Below, one piece after another: positions 1 to 8,422 of a stretch of 24,000 nt of DNA. The number at the start of each line of letters is the position of its first letter. Within the stretch, counting starts at the first letter, position 1. A program made the position numbers and the translations under genes. The notes beneath the pieces are model-generated. The model had not been told where the DNA came from and made no database searches. It saw only the letters and a list, made by a program, of their open reading frames with translations. Origin of the DNA: Streptomycetales bacterium (GTDB lineage: Bacteria > Actinomycetota > Actinomycetes > JBOHCZ01); the NCBI GenBank assembly GCA_050699195.1, contig JBOHCZ010000226.1:1573-25572 (forward strand), read 5' to 3'.

Positions 1-1257
1 GACCTGACCCCGCTCAGGGTCAGCCTCCCCTACCGCCGGATGTGGCTGGGCGTCTCGCTGTCGGGGGTCGGCACCCAGCTGACGACCGTGGCTGTGGGAC
101 TGCAGGTGTACGACCTCACGCGGTCGACGTTCAACGTCGGCCTGGTGGGCCTGTTCGCCGTGGTCCCGCTGATCACCCTCGGCCTGTACGGCGGGTCGAT
201 CGTCGACGCCAACGACCGCCGCCGCGTCGTCATCACGACCTCCAGCGGCCTGCTGGTCGTCGCGATGGCGATCGCCACCCAGGCCTGGCTCGAGATCGGC
301 AACGTGTGGCTGCTCTACGCCCTCGTCGCCGCGCAGAACGGCTTCTTCGCGGTGAACACCCCGACGCGCAGCTCGATCGTCCCGAGGTTGCTCCCGGCGC
401 ACCTGTTGCCCGCAGCGAACGCCCTGTCGACCCTGTCGTTCAGCATCGGCATGACGGCTGGGCCGCTGCTCGCCGGGCTGCTGGTCGGGTGGTGGGGGTA
501 CGGCGGCGCGTACACCGTGGAGGTCGTGCTCCTGGCGGTTGCCCTCACCACGTTCGTCGCGCTGCCTCCGCTGCCGCCCGAGGGGGAGGTGCGCCGCGCC
601 GGGCTCGCGTCCGTGCTCGAGGGGCTGCGCTACCTCGGCACCCGGCCCAACCTGCGGATGACCTTCCTCGTCGACATGGCCGCGATGGTGCTGGCCCTGC
701 CCCGCGTGCTGTTCCCGGCCGTCGGTGCCGCGATCATCGGCGGTGGCGCCACCACGGTCGGCATCCTCGCCGCGGGGATCGCCGCCGGCTCCGTGCTCGC
801 GGGTGTGTTATCCGGTCCGCTCGGCCAGGTGCACCACCAAGGTTTCGCGGTTCTGGTGTCGGTGGTCAATTGGGGGGTCGCCGTCACCGGGTTCGGGGTG
901 GTTGTCGCGCTGTCACCCGGACCGGGACCGGGCGGGGCCGCGCACTGGACGCTGTGGCCCGCGCTGGGCTGCATGGCGCTGGCGGGCGCGGCGGACGCGG
1001 TGAGCGCGGTGTTCCGGATGACGATCCTGCAGGCGGCCACCCCCGACTCGATGCGCGGACGGCTGCAGGGCATCTTCGTCGTCGTGGTCGCCGGCGGCCC
1101 GCGGCTCGGAGACCTGCTGGTCGGCACGGTGGCCCAGCTGAGCACCGAGGCCATGGCCGCGATCGCCGGCGGTCTGGCGTGTGTGGTGGCGGTGATCCTG
1201 CTGGCCGTCGTCCAACCCAGGTTCGCCCGCTACGACGCGCGTGAGCCCACGCCTTAG
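1..1257 (+). CDS. MFS transporter (EntS/MFS_3-like), 5' end probably cut by the window edge
   Basis: Frame 1 is open from base 1 (DLTPLRVSLPYRR precedes the first ATG at 40). It is a long Gly/Ala/Leu/Val-rich polytopic protein with about 12 hydrophobic segments and the N-terminal motif YRRMWLG..LS..G. GC3 is high and the stop TAG is at 1255-1257. The alternative internal start is 40. Confidence 0.85.
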   Translation, partial: DLTPLRVSLPYRRMWLGVSLSGVGTQLTTVAVGLQVYDLTRSTFNVGLVGLFAVVPLITLGLYGGSIVDANDRRRVVITTSSGLLVVAMAIATQAWLEIGNVWLLYALVAAQNGFFAVNTPTRSSIVPRLLPAHLLPAANALSTLSFSIGMTAGPLLAGLLVGWWGYGGAYTVEVVLLAVALTTFVALPPLPPEGEVRRAGLASVLEGLRYLGTRPNLRMTFLVDMAAMVLALPRVLFPAVGAAIIGGGATTVGILAAGIAAGSVLAGVLSGPLGQVHHQGFAVLVSVVNWGVAVTGFGVVVALSPGPGPGGAAHWTLWPALGCMALAGAADAVSAVFRMTILQAATPDSMRGRLQGIFVVVVAGGPRLGDLLVGTVAQLSTEAMAAIAGGLACVVAVILLAVVQPRFARYDAREPTP

Positions 1258-1387
1258 CGCGGAGTTCCGGGTTTCACCAGGCGTGCGGCTGGGGAGATGC
1301 ACAGTTGGTTGGCGGACCATCTACCACTCGGGGGAGCTGAGGCTGGACCGCCCGGCTGACCGCCGGCGCAGCAGCCGTAGCCGTGCT

Positions 1388-1714
1388 ATGAGTGTCTCGA
1401 CCCGTGCAGCGCCTCCGGCGGCTCCGTTCGTTCACGAGGCGCTGTTCTACCACGATGCCGACCAGTTCCTGACCGGTGCTCCGAGGTTCATCCATGCCGC
1501 GCGTGCCGTCGGCGAACCCCCGCTGGTGCCACATCACAGACCCGCTGGCCGGGCGCATCCCGCCCCCGCCGGACCACGACAGGGGCGAGGCCTCCTGCTG
1601 GTCAACCACCTCTGTGACCTGGTTCAACGGCACACCGACCAGCTCGGCACCACCACGCGCCTGCACGTCAGTCTCGACGAGACGGGTTGTTCCTCATCGG
1701 TTCAGTGGTGGTAG
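1388..1714 (+). pseudogene. Remnant of a MEDS-domain (anti-sigma regulatory type) protein; only the first ~47 codons look genuine
   Basis: From ATG 1388 the sequence MSVSTRAAPPAAPFVHEALFYHDADQFLTGAPRFIHAARAVGEPPLV matches the typical N-terminus of actinobacterial MEDS proteins (F-x-HEALxY..(D/E)..FL....PFI......GEP.LV). After ~1528 the translation becomes Pro/Arg-rich nonsense and GC3 falls to background (~70-75% against >90% in real genes here). Confidence 0.3.
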
Positions 1715-2421
1715 GTCGGCTCGCGGGGACCCTCGCTCTCAGCGTGTTCGCCCTGGGCGTCTCACTCTTCCAGGGGTAGGCGTGGAAGCGTTCGAACGTG
1801 AGCAGGACCGCCGGTGCACGATGTAACCTGCAAGAGGCCTGGCGCCGAAACTCCGGTTCGGGCCGATTGCACGCCACGGTGGGCACGCTCCACGATCGTC
1901 TCCGGCGGCCTCCGGACATCTCGGGCGTGCCCGCCGTGGCGTCCAGAGCAAGCCGCGCGCCGGCCGGGCCTGGCGCCCGCAGCTTCCATATGCGACATCG
2001 TGCACTTACGCCTATAAGGGTCACATAGGTGGCCAACGTGGCGCGGGGTGCCTGCCTTACGTCGCCCGAAGGGGTGACGCTCCCCCGGAGATATGACTGA
2101 GCTCCCGAGCGGACTCCACGCCCACCCCAGCCCTGACCTACGTCGCCTGAGCCGGCCGGGGCCGATCCGCATTCGACCGGTAGGGCCTGCCGTTTCGGTG
2201 CCGCGGCGCCGCCGTGACGAGGCCGCCCTCTGCTGTGTGTGGGCCGTGAGAGCAATCACAGATAACAAAAAACGGGCAAAAGGGCGAGATTTCGTCAGTC
2301 GAATGAGTGACCTTGTGTCAGAGTCTGGGCCGTTAGGCGTGGAAAGCTGAGTCCCGCCATCGTTTGTGCTGGCCGGCGACAAGCGGCCAAGATCGGCGCC
2401 CGCCGGGGAGGGAGGGGGCCC

Positions 2422-2799
2422 ATGCCAGGGGTCCTCCGCGTCAAGGTCACCGAAAGGCACGGCAACCGGATCCTGCTCGACGTTTCCGGGGTGCTCGATC
2501 TGGGCAACGCCGTGTCCCTGCTGCACCGCCTGCAGGGCCTCCTGCGGATGGGGTACCGCAGGATCACGCTCGACCTGTCCGCGATGACCTGTTGCGGCAC
2601 GACCGGGGTCGCGGTGCTGCTGTCGACAAACCGGCAGGCGGCCACCCTGGGGGGCGGGATCCGGGTCGTGGGCCTGCACCCAGCCGCCCTGCGCGCCCGG
2701 CAACTGAGCCCGATCGGCCAGAGGTTCCCCCTGGGTGGTTCTTCCGATGACGCGTCGGCCATCGCGCCCGCCTCGGCGCCGGCGGCTCCCTGCGGTTGA
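2422..2799 (+). CDS. STAS-domain anti-sigma-factor antagonist (SpoIIAA/RsbV-like)
   Basis: The 125-aa product (LDVSGVLDLGNAVSLLHRLQGLL..GYRRITLDLSAMTCCGTTGVAVLL) has the STAS layout. A strong SD (gggagggaggggg) sits 4 nt upstream of the ATG. GC3 is high. Confidence 0.8.
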   Translation: MPGVLRVKVTERHGNRILLDVSGVLDLGNAVSLLHRLQGLLRMGYRRITLDLSAMTCCGTTGVAVLLSTNRQAATLGGGIRVVGLHPAALRARQLSPIGQRFPLGGSSDDASAIAPASAPAAPCG

Positions 2800-2811
2800 C
2801 CGTGACGTCGG

Positions 2812-2835
2812 CGCGCCGGGACCGGACCGGGCGCG
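2812..2835. terminator. GC-rich hairpin between convergent STAS and LCP genes
   Basis: cgcgccggg / ccgggcgcg form a 9-bp stem with one mismatch and a 6-nt loop. It lies in the 59-nt gap between two convergent stop codons. There is no U-tract. Confidence 0.3.
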
Positions 2836-2858
2836 GGGCTTGTCCTGGCCCGGCTGCT

Positions 2859-4397
2859 CTACTGGTCGGGCTGGTAGGCGCAGGCGTCATCCAGTCCCTG
2901 GACTGGACCCTCGCTCCCCCCCGCCGGGCCGGCATCCCCGCCGGCGCTCCGGCGGGCCGGCGAGGGTGATGCCGGTGCCGGTTGAAGGGCTTCCTGCGTG
3001 AACTCCCTGATGTGGTCGTAGCTGGGATCAGCGGGATCGATGATCGTGTCGTCGAAGACGATGTTGCGTACCTTGCTGTCCCTGACCTTGAACACCAGGT
3101 TGACGAGGTCCGGCAGCAGGTGCTGCGGGACGTCCGTTGAGACCATCTTCTTGGCGGACGCGGCAACGCCGTTGTAGCTGCGCAGCACGGTGAAGGGATC
3201 CGCCTGGTCGACGATCGCCTTGATGGTGCAGCGCTGGCGCGCCATCCGGTCGTAGTCGCTCGACCCGTAGCGGCCCCGGGCGTACCACAGGGCGAGCTCA
3301 CCCTCGAGGTGCTTGTCCGGTCCGGGTTCGATCCAGTCCTCCGGCGGCTGCCCGGGCTGGCCGCCGATGGGCACCGGCTGGTTCACGTTGACCGTGATGC
3401 CCCCGATGGCGTCGAGGAGCTCGACGAACCCCTCCAGGTTGACCAGCGCGTAGTGGTCGATGTGCAGCCCGAGAGCCTCGCCGACGCCGAGCTTGAGTGC
3501 CTCGACGCCCGGGTCCGCACTGTCGGCCAGGATCTCGGGATGCTCCATCGGTACGACCCGATACACCGCGTTCAGTAGGTAGTTCGCCTCCGAGCCGGGG
3601 CCGTCGAAACCCTGCGGGTACGCCTCGTGCAGCGGGCTGCCCTCGGGAAACGGCAGCGACTCGAGGTTGCGCGGCAGGCTGAACATCACGGTGGCACCGG
3701 AGTGCACGTCCACACTCGCGGCGATCACCGTGTCCGTACGGATCCCGATCCGGCCCGGCCCACCGTCGCCACCCAGCAGCAGGAAGTTGACCTGACCCCG
3801 CCCGCCCCACGGGTCCGCCCCCTGCTCGGCGGGTTGCCCGGCCGCGGGCGGCGCGAAGATCGCGTCGACCAGTCCGCGACTGACGTGCGCGTACTGGGCC
3901 GCCAACGCCAGCGGAGCGACCACGACCGCGCAGAGCACCGACACCAGGCCCCCGCCGACCAGGCGCTGTCCCCAGGACGCCGCGGGTGGGCGGACCATCG
4001 CGTACGTCAACGAGATGACGACGATCCATACCAGCGTGATCGCCGCCAGGCCGACGACGAGCACCGCGAGGGCGTTCGGCATCACCAACCAGGTCAGCAC
4101 CCGCTCGCGGTCCCGCGCCACCAGCCATGCGCCGGCCCCGAACACCCCCAGGAACGCCCCGAGGACGAGCACACCCCACGCCCGCCGCCCCGCGGCGAGG
4201 AACCCGGTGCCAGGCAAGGCGGCACCCACCACCGTCACCAGCACCCAGTGCCGGGGTCTGCGCCCCCCACGTGGGGACGGCCCGCGCCACCCGTCCCCGC
4301 TACCGCCCAGGTGACCAGGCACGCTCCGGATCTCACGCATGATCTGCCCCCAGATCACTTCGACCGAGGCGAGAAACCTACCCTCACCCGGCACCAC
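2859..4397 (-). CDS. LytR-CpsA-Psr (LCP) family cell-envelope phosphotransferase, membrane anchored
   Basis: N-terminal TM segments are followed by the LCP core: VNFLLLGGDGGPGRIGIRTDTVIAASVD, MFSLPRNL, LVNLEGFVELLDAIGGITVNV and LALWYARGRYGSSDYDRMARQRC. The GTG at 4397 has gaggga upstream. The alternative start ATG 4340 (MREIRSV) is also plausible. Confidence 0.88.
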   Translation of the reverse strand: MVPGEGRFLASVEVIWGQIMREIRSVPGHLGGSGDGWRGPSPRGGRRPRHWVLVTVVGAALPGTGFLAAGRRAWGVLVLGAFLGVFGAGAWLVARDRERVLTWLVMPNALAVLVVGLAAITLVWIVVISLTYAMVRPPAASWGQRLVGGGLVSVLCAVVVAPLALAAQYAHVSRGLVDAIFAPPAAGQPAEQGADPWGGRGQVNFLLLGGDGGPGRIGIRTDTVIAASVDVHSGATVMFSLPRNLESLPFPEGSPLHEAYPQGFDGPGSEANYLLNAVYRVVPMEHPEILADSADPGVEALKLGVGEALGLHIDHYALVNLEGFVELLDAIGGITVNVNQPVPIGGQPGQPPEDWIEPGPDKHLEGELALWYARGRYGSSDYDRMARQRCTIKAIVDQADPFTVLRSYNGVAASAKKMVSTDVPQHLLPDLVNLVFKVRDSKVRNIVFDDTIIDPADPSYDHIREFTQEALQPAPASPSPARRSAGGDAGPAGGSEGPVQGLDDACAYQPDQ

Positions 4398-4414
4398 CGC
4401 CAGTCCCTCAAACT

Positions 4415-4436
4415 TGCCCCTCTGCGACGAGGGGCA
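4415..4436. promoter_or_regulatory. Perfect 8-bp inverted repeat (tgcccctc-N6-gaggggca) in a divergent promoter region
   Basis: Read directly from the sequence. It lies 18 nt upstream of the LCP GTG (- strand) in the 240-nt divergent intergenic region and is followed by gcatgcatgc. Confidence 0.3.
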
Positions 4437-4638
4437 TGCATGCGCGGACCAGCATCGGGGTCAACGCCATGATCGCCGGGGGTAGAACCTCCACAGATCG
4501 ACTAGACGGGCCTAAAACACAGAGTTTCCTCCGACCGGCCTATCCGGTGGCGGCGCTGCGGCGACCCGATGGCGCATGATCGGACCTGACCGAAGGTCGC
4601 CAATGCACGGCCCTGTCCCACCGGCCTCTGGAGGCACC

Positions 4639-5313
4639 ATGCGCAGGCTCGTTCCAGCCAGGCAGTCCCCGCGCTGGCGCCGCGCGCCGCGCTGGGGCGT
4701 CGTGCTGATCGTGACAGCCCTGGTGCCCGGGGCACTGGGCGTGCCACCAGCCGCAGCGGCCGGGAATGGCTGGCCGGTCAACCTCGCTATCGCGATCAAC
4801 GCAGGCGTGGATGACCGCGTCACGGACCTCGCCTGGGGCGTCGCGCGTACCAGCCGGGTACCGGCGTTCGAGCGCAACGCCGCCCTCGCCCGCTCCACCG
4901 GGCGCGACCTCACCACCGCGGCCGCCGCGTTCCAGGTCGTGCTCGCGGGCCGGGCCGTCGGCCCCGTGGACGCGGTCAACCAGGCGCGGGCGATCAACCG
5001 GGACTGCCTGCGGTGCGACACCGTTGCCCTCGCCTACCAGTTCGTGGTGGTGAGCGACGACCGGATCGGGCTGTCCCGGAGGGCACGCGCCAAGCTGGCG
5101 CGGCTGCGCCACGACCTGGCCGGGGTACTCCGGTCTTCCGCGGGGGGCAGGGAGATCGTCGGGCGGGCGTGCTCGCCTCGGACGTACGCCAAGTGCTGCG
5201 CACCGGCCTCGTCGAGCGGGCCGCCGGGCGGCATCCGCTGGCCAGACCGCTCGACGCACGGCCGACGGTCTCGGTCGCCCGGTCCGTGGCGAGACCCACG
5301 CGCTAGACGGTGA
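4639..5313 (+). CDS. Secreted conserved hypothetical protein with N-x-A-x-A...C-x2-C-x-T-x-A-x-A-x-Q-x-V type repeats; apparent frameshift near 5142-5147
   Basis: A signal peptide (MRRLVPARQSPRWRRAPRWGVVLIVTALVPGALGVPPAAAA) is followed by repeats such as NQARAINRDCLRCDTVALAYQFVVV. High GC3 moves from frame 1 to frame 3 after a G6 run, so the true C-terminus probably ends at TAG 5304-5306 (..DVRQVLRTGLVERAAGR..). The start at 4639 is preferred over 4576. Confidence 0.65.
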   Translation: MRRLVPARQSPRWRRAPRWGVVLIVTALVPGALGVPPAAAAGNGWPVNLAIAINAGVDDRVTDLAWGVARTSRVPAFERNAALARSTGRDLTTAAAAFQVVLAGRAVGPVDAVNQARAINRDCLRCDTVALAYQFVVVSDDRIGLSRRARAKLARLRHDLAGVLRSSAGGREIVGRACSPRTYAKCCAPASSSGPPGGIRWPDRSTHGRRSRSPGPWRDPRARR

Positions 5314-5483
5314 GCAAGTCCTCGACCGCCGCAGGCGGGATCGTGTCTGTGGCCGATACCGGCCGTCCTGCCGGGAAGTCGCGGGCGGTATCGAACCGTT
5401 GAGCCCGGCCGCCCGTGTGGTCCGGTAGGGAGATCGCCGGCCGTGCCCAGGGCGGCCGGCGCGGCGTCGGGAGAGGGAGAGCC

Positions 5484-6143
5484 ATGTTGTCGTGGTCACG
5501 CCGAGCACTGCTGCTCGGCGCTGTTTTAGCGGCGGGGCCGCTGGCCGCTCCGACGGTCAGCGCGGATCAGCCACAGGAACAGCGCTTCGAGACCGAGCTC
5601 ATGCCCGTACCCCACGACCCGGCGAAGGACGCCGGATCGCATGCCACCGGGGAGAGCAAGCTCAAGTTGACCGGAACGGAGCTTGCGGTCAAGTTCCGGG
5701 CCGAGGACGTCACCCCGGGTCTCAACCACCTGGTGCACATTCACGGCGAGACGCAGGCCCGTAACGAGTGCCCCGACTCGCTGGCGTGGGACACCGACGG
5801 GGATGGCCTGATTTCGGTCGGCGAGGGGGCGGCCGACGTGTCATCCACGCAACTCGGGTACGGGCCGGTGCAGGTGTCGTTCACCAGGGAAGGTGATGTC
5901 AGCGCCGACAGTGGCGGGGCGCTCGCCCGCATGCCGATGGCCGACGCGGACGGCGAGGTGAGGTACAAGCGAACGTTCGCCTTGCCGTCGCCGGTGCCCT
6001 CCGGGTCGCCGGAGGACATCGCGGGTCACCTCGACGACATGGCCATGGTGATCCACGGTCACGATCTCGACGGCGATGGCGCCTACAGCAACTCGACCGA
6101 GGCCAGTCTGCCGCTCGCCTGCGGTGAGATCGTCGCCGACTGA
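5484..6143 (+). CDS. Secreted CHRD-like protein with two EF-hand-type Ca-binding loops
   Basis: SD gggagagggag precedes the ATG. The signal peptide is MLSWSRRALLLGAVLAAGPLAAPTVSA. The CHRD-like pattern is ATGESKLKL.G.ELAVKF...LNHLVHIHGE and MAMVIHGHD. DTDGDGLISVGE (5790-5825) fits the 12-residue EF-hand loop consensus exactly, and DLDGDGAYSNSTE starts at 6063. Confidence 0.6.
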   Translation: MLSWSRRALLLGAVLAAGPLAAPTVSADQPQEQRFETELMPVPHDPAKDAGSHATGESKLKLTGTELAVKFRAEDVTPGLNHLVHIHGETQARNECPDSLAWDTDGDGLISVGEGAADVSSTQLGYGPVQVSFTREGDVSADSGGALARMPMADADGEVRYKRTFALPSPVPSGSPEDIAGHLDDMAMVIHGHDLDGDGAYSNSTEASLPLACGEIVAD

Positions 6144-6145
6144 AC

Positions 6146-6166
6146 CCGGACGGCGGTCTCGTCCGG
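6146..6166 (+). terminator. Hairpin directly after the CHRD-like gene stop
   Basis: ccggacg-N7-cgtccgg forms a 7-bp stem starting 3 nt after the TGA at 6141-6143. There is no U-tract, which is common in high-GC actinobacteria. Confidence 0.3.
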
Positions 6167-6293
6167 TACGTCTCGGGCGGTACGGGCCACGATCACGTCA
6201 GCCGTTACCCGATCTTTCTTTGCCCTGGTCTCTACCGCCGAGTAGGTTGGCCGGACTCGGGGCACGTCGGTCGGCTGTCGAGAAGGGGCAGAG

Positions 6294-7145
6294 ATGAGGA
6301 TCCGCGTTCCGTTATTGCTCGCTACGGCGCTCGCGATGGTGTTCCCCGCGGCGGCGGCGTACGCCGAGTCTGATTCCGCGGCATCGTCGAGCTACGTCGA
6401 GCTGAAGGCGCCACAGCCCGGCTGGTACACCCCGGAGCTGCACCAGAAGGTGCTGGCGGCCGCCGAGCGTGGCGAGGGGGTCCCGATCCCCGAGGGCACC
6501 GAGTACGAGGCCAGTGGCCTCGCGTTCACCGGGATCCGTCCGGGTGCGTGGATGATCTCGCCTGCGGGTTGCACGCTGAACTTCGTCTTCGGTGGTCCCG
6601 GCGACTTTTACATCGGCACCGCGGGCCACTGCTCCAAGGTCGGCGAGGAGGTCACGATCATCGCCGCGCCCGGAGTTCTGATGAACATCGGCACGACGGT
6701 GAAGAGCGTCGACAACGGGGTAGGCAACGACTTCTCGCTCATCGACGTGCGGCCTGCGATGGAGCAGCACGTCAACCCGTCGATGGCGTACTTCGGCGGG
6801 CCCACGGCCGCTGGTAACCCACAGGTCACCGACATCGTCGAGCACGCGGGCCACGGGCTGGTCATCGGCACCGGCGGAACGCCTCGCGCCGGCGTGGTCG
6901 CGTTCCGCGGCCGAGGTGACACAGGAAGCAGCGATGCCTTCGCCTGGGTCGGTGCGGCCTCTCCGGGCGACTCCGGCTCTCCGGTACGGCTCGCCTCGGG
7001 TCAGGCCGCGGGAGACCTGACGCACCTCGTGATCGGTGGCAAGTACCTGCCCGCGGACACCGCCGGCACGACCATCGCTCGGATGCTCCAGATCGCCGGC
7101 AAGCCGCTGGCGACGGCGCCGAACGTGCCCGACCCGACGAGCTGA
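6294..7145 (+). CDS. Secreted S1 (chymotrypsin/alpha-lytic-type) serine peptidase
   Basis: The signal peptide is MRIRVPLLLATALAMVFPAAAAYA. The catalytic triad contexts are TAGHC (His), NDFSLI (Asp) and GDSGSP (Ser). SD gaagggg lies upstream. Confidence 0.85.
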   Translation: MRIRVPLLLATALAMVFPAAAAYAESDSAASSSYVELKAPQPGWYTPELHQKVLAAAERGEGVPIPEGTEYEASGLAFTGIRPGAWMISPAGCTLNFVFGGPGDFYIGTAGHCSKVGEEVTIIAAPGVLMNIGTTVKSVDNGVGNDFSLIDVRPAMEQHVNPSMAYFGGPTAAGNPQVTDIVEHAGHGLVIGTGGTPRAGVVAFRGRGDTGSSDAFAWVGAASPGDSGSPVRLASGQAAGDLTHLVIGGKYLPADTAGTTIARMLQIAGKPLATAPNVPDPTS

Positions 7146-7174
7146 GGCGGCCGGCCGCGCCGCGTTCCTGCGAG

Positions 7175-7450
7175 CTAACGTCCGTGCTGCGTCAGGTAGT
7201 CGACGTAGAGCGGGCGCAGCTCGTCGGCCAGCTCGCCCTCACCGGACCGCAGCAGGTCCCCGACCAGGGCGGACAGCCTGAAGACGTCGGTCTCGGCCTT
7301 GTCCACGTGCCCACGCGCGGCCTCGGCGGCCGGGATCGCCCTGAGCAGGCGCCACAGGAAGACGGCATCCAGGCGGTGCACCGCGAGCCGGACAGCGCGG
7401 CGGTGCAACTCCTCGGATGTCAGCTCCTCGAATTCGCGGGAATCCGCCAC
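7175..7450 (-). CDS. Small conserved hypothetical protein (91 aa, helical, acidic)
   Basis: GC3 is very high across the whole ORF. It starts at GTG with no obvious SD. I recognise no domain. The product is MADSREFEELTSEELHRRAVRLAVHRLDAVFLWRLLRAIPAAEAA... Confidence 0.6.
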   Translation of the reverse strand: MADSREFEELTSEELHRRAVRLAVHRLDAVFLWRLLRAIPAAEAARGHVDKAETDVFRLSALVGDLLRSGEGELADELRPLYVDYLTQHGR

Positions 7451-7744
7451 GGAAGTTAGCTTATCGAGTGCTTGGGCCGGGAGTGGTGGATCGGAGTCGT
7501 GAGATGCGCTGGGATATTTCTCCGGAGGCGGTCGAGATCAGACTATTTCCTCGTTCTACCGTGCGAATACCGGAATGCCCCACCTGGCCGCGATGGCGGA
7601 GCTGAGCACCAGGTCAGGGCGGCGTAGCGGCCGTTCACCGGCCATTGTCATCCGTTCGGCGTAGGGGAGGGGAGCGAGCCAGCCCAACCGGGCGGCATTT
7701 GGGGGAATATCCGATCTGTTACGTTCGAGATCTTTTCCACGTGA

Positions 7745-7772
7745 TTGACACCCCGACCCGCAAGCGTAGCGT
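7745..7772 (+). promoter_or_regulatory. Candidate housekeeping-sigma promoter for the hydrogenase accessory operon
   Basis: A perfect TTGACA (7745-7750), a 16-nt spacer and TAGCGT (7767-7772, matching the actinobacterial TANNNT -10) sit 30 nt upstream of ATG 7802. SD ggaaggg is at 7787-7793. Confidence 0.4.
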
Positions 7773-7801
7773 GCTGGCATGGGTACGGAAGGGTCCATCT
7801 C

Positions 7802-8422
7802 ATGACCCCCCTCTCAGCTGCCCACAAGGCTGCGGGTGAAGCTCTCAGCCGGCGGGAGGGTCCCGGGCGGGCGCTTGCCGAGGACGCGGAGCGGATAGCC
7901 CGGGCGTGTTACGACATGGCTGTGCGCTTCCACAGAGGCGGCAAGCTGATCGTCTTCGGCAACGGCGGTTGCAGCACCGATTCCAACCATGTTGCCGTCG
8001 AGTTCGTGCATCCCGTGGTCGTCGGCAAGCGCGCGCTGCCCGCCATGGCGCTCACCAGCGACGTGGCGACGGTCACGGGGATCGCGAACCGTGAAGGGTT
8101 CGGCGAGGTCTTCGCCCATCAACTCGGGCGCTTCGCAGCCCCGTCCGACATCGCCCTCGGTCTGTCGTCCGACGGCCGCTGCGTGAACGTGCTCCGTGGC
8201 CTCGAGGTTGCGGGAGAGCTGGGACTCCTGACGGTCGCCCTCGTCGGCGGCGACGGCGGTGACATCGCGAGCAGCCCCGCGGTGGATCACGCCGTGGTGG
8301 CTCGCTCGGCAGACCCGGCCGTGGTCAAGGAGATCCACGTGACCACTTACCACATCCTCTGGGAACTGGTGCATGTGTTCTTCGAACAGCCCGGGGTTCT
8401 GGGGCCCCAGGTGATCAGGTGA
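7802..8422 (+). CDS. SIS-domain protein (GmhA/phosphoheptose-isomerase-like), copy 1
   Basis: GGKLIVFGNGGCSTDSNHVAVEFVHP, ALGLSSDGRCVNVL and the C-terminal EIHVTTYHILWELVH give the SIS fold pattern. It is a paralogue of the gene at 8676-9389. Confidence 0.8.
   Translation: MTPLSAAHKAAGEALSRREGPGRALAEDAERIARACYDMAVRFHRGGKLIVFGNGGCSTDSNHVAVEFVHPVVVGKRALPAMALTSDVATVTGIANREGFGEVFAHQLGRFAAPSDIALGLSSDGRCVNVLRGLEVAGELGLLTVALVGGDGGDIASSPAVDHAVVARSADPAVVKEIHVTTYHILWELVHVFFEQPGVLGPQVIR

Noticed and set aside
42-1244. A 400-aa ORF in an alternative frame that overlaps the MFS transporter.
   Set aside because: It is extremely Arg/Gly/Pro-rich with no hydrophobic segments. The frame-1 product is a coherent membrane protein.
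1668-2703. Long - strand ORFs (1668-2255, 1762-2703, 2295-2762) in and beside the gene-poor region.
   Set aside because: They show no coding GC3 signal, their composition is Arg/Pro/Ala-rich, and the longer ones run antisense through the STAS gene.
3298-4472. Alternative-frame ORFs (3298-4290 - strand and 3627-4472 + strand) overlapping the LCP gene.
   Set aside because: The LCP frame carries all the family motifs. The alternatives are shadow frames.
5354-5393. The inverted repeat cgataccg-N24-cggtatcg downstream of the secreted repeat-protein gene, considered as a riboswitch or terminator.
   Set aside because: It is an 8-bp stem with a large 24-nt loop. There is no supporting secondary structure or U-tract, and it matches no riboswitch class I recognise. 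It is noted only as a possible weak terminator.
7147-7158. The perfect 12-bp palindrome gcggccggccgc between the convergent protease and 91-aa genes, considered as a bidirectional terminator.
   Set aside because: A palindrome with no spacer can form only a 4-bp stem with a 4-nt loop. That is too weak to call a terminator.
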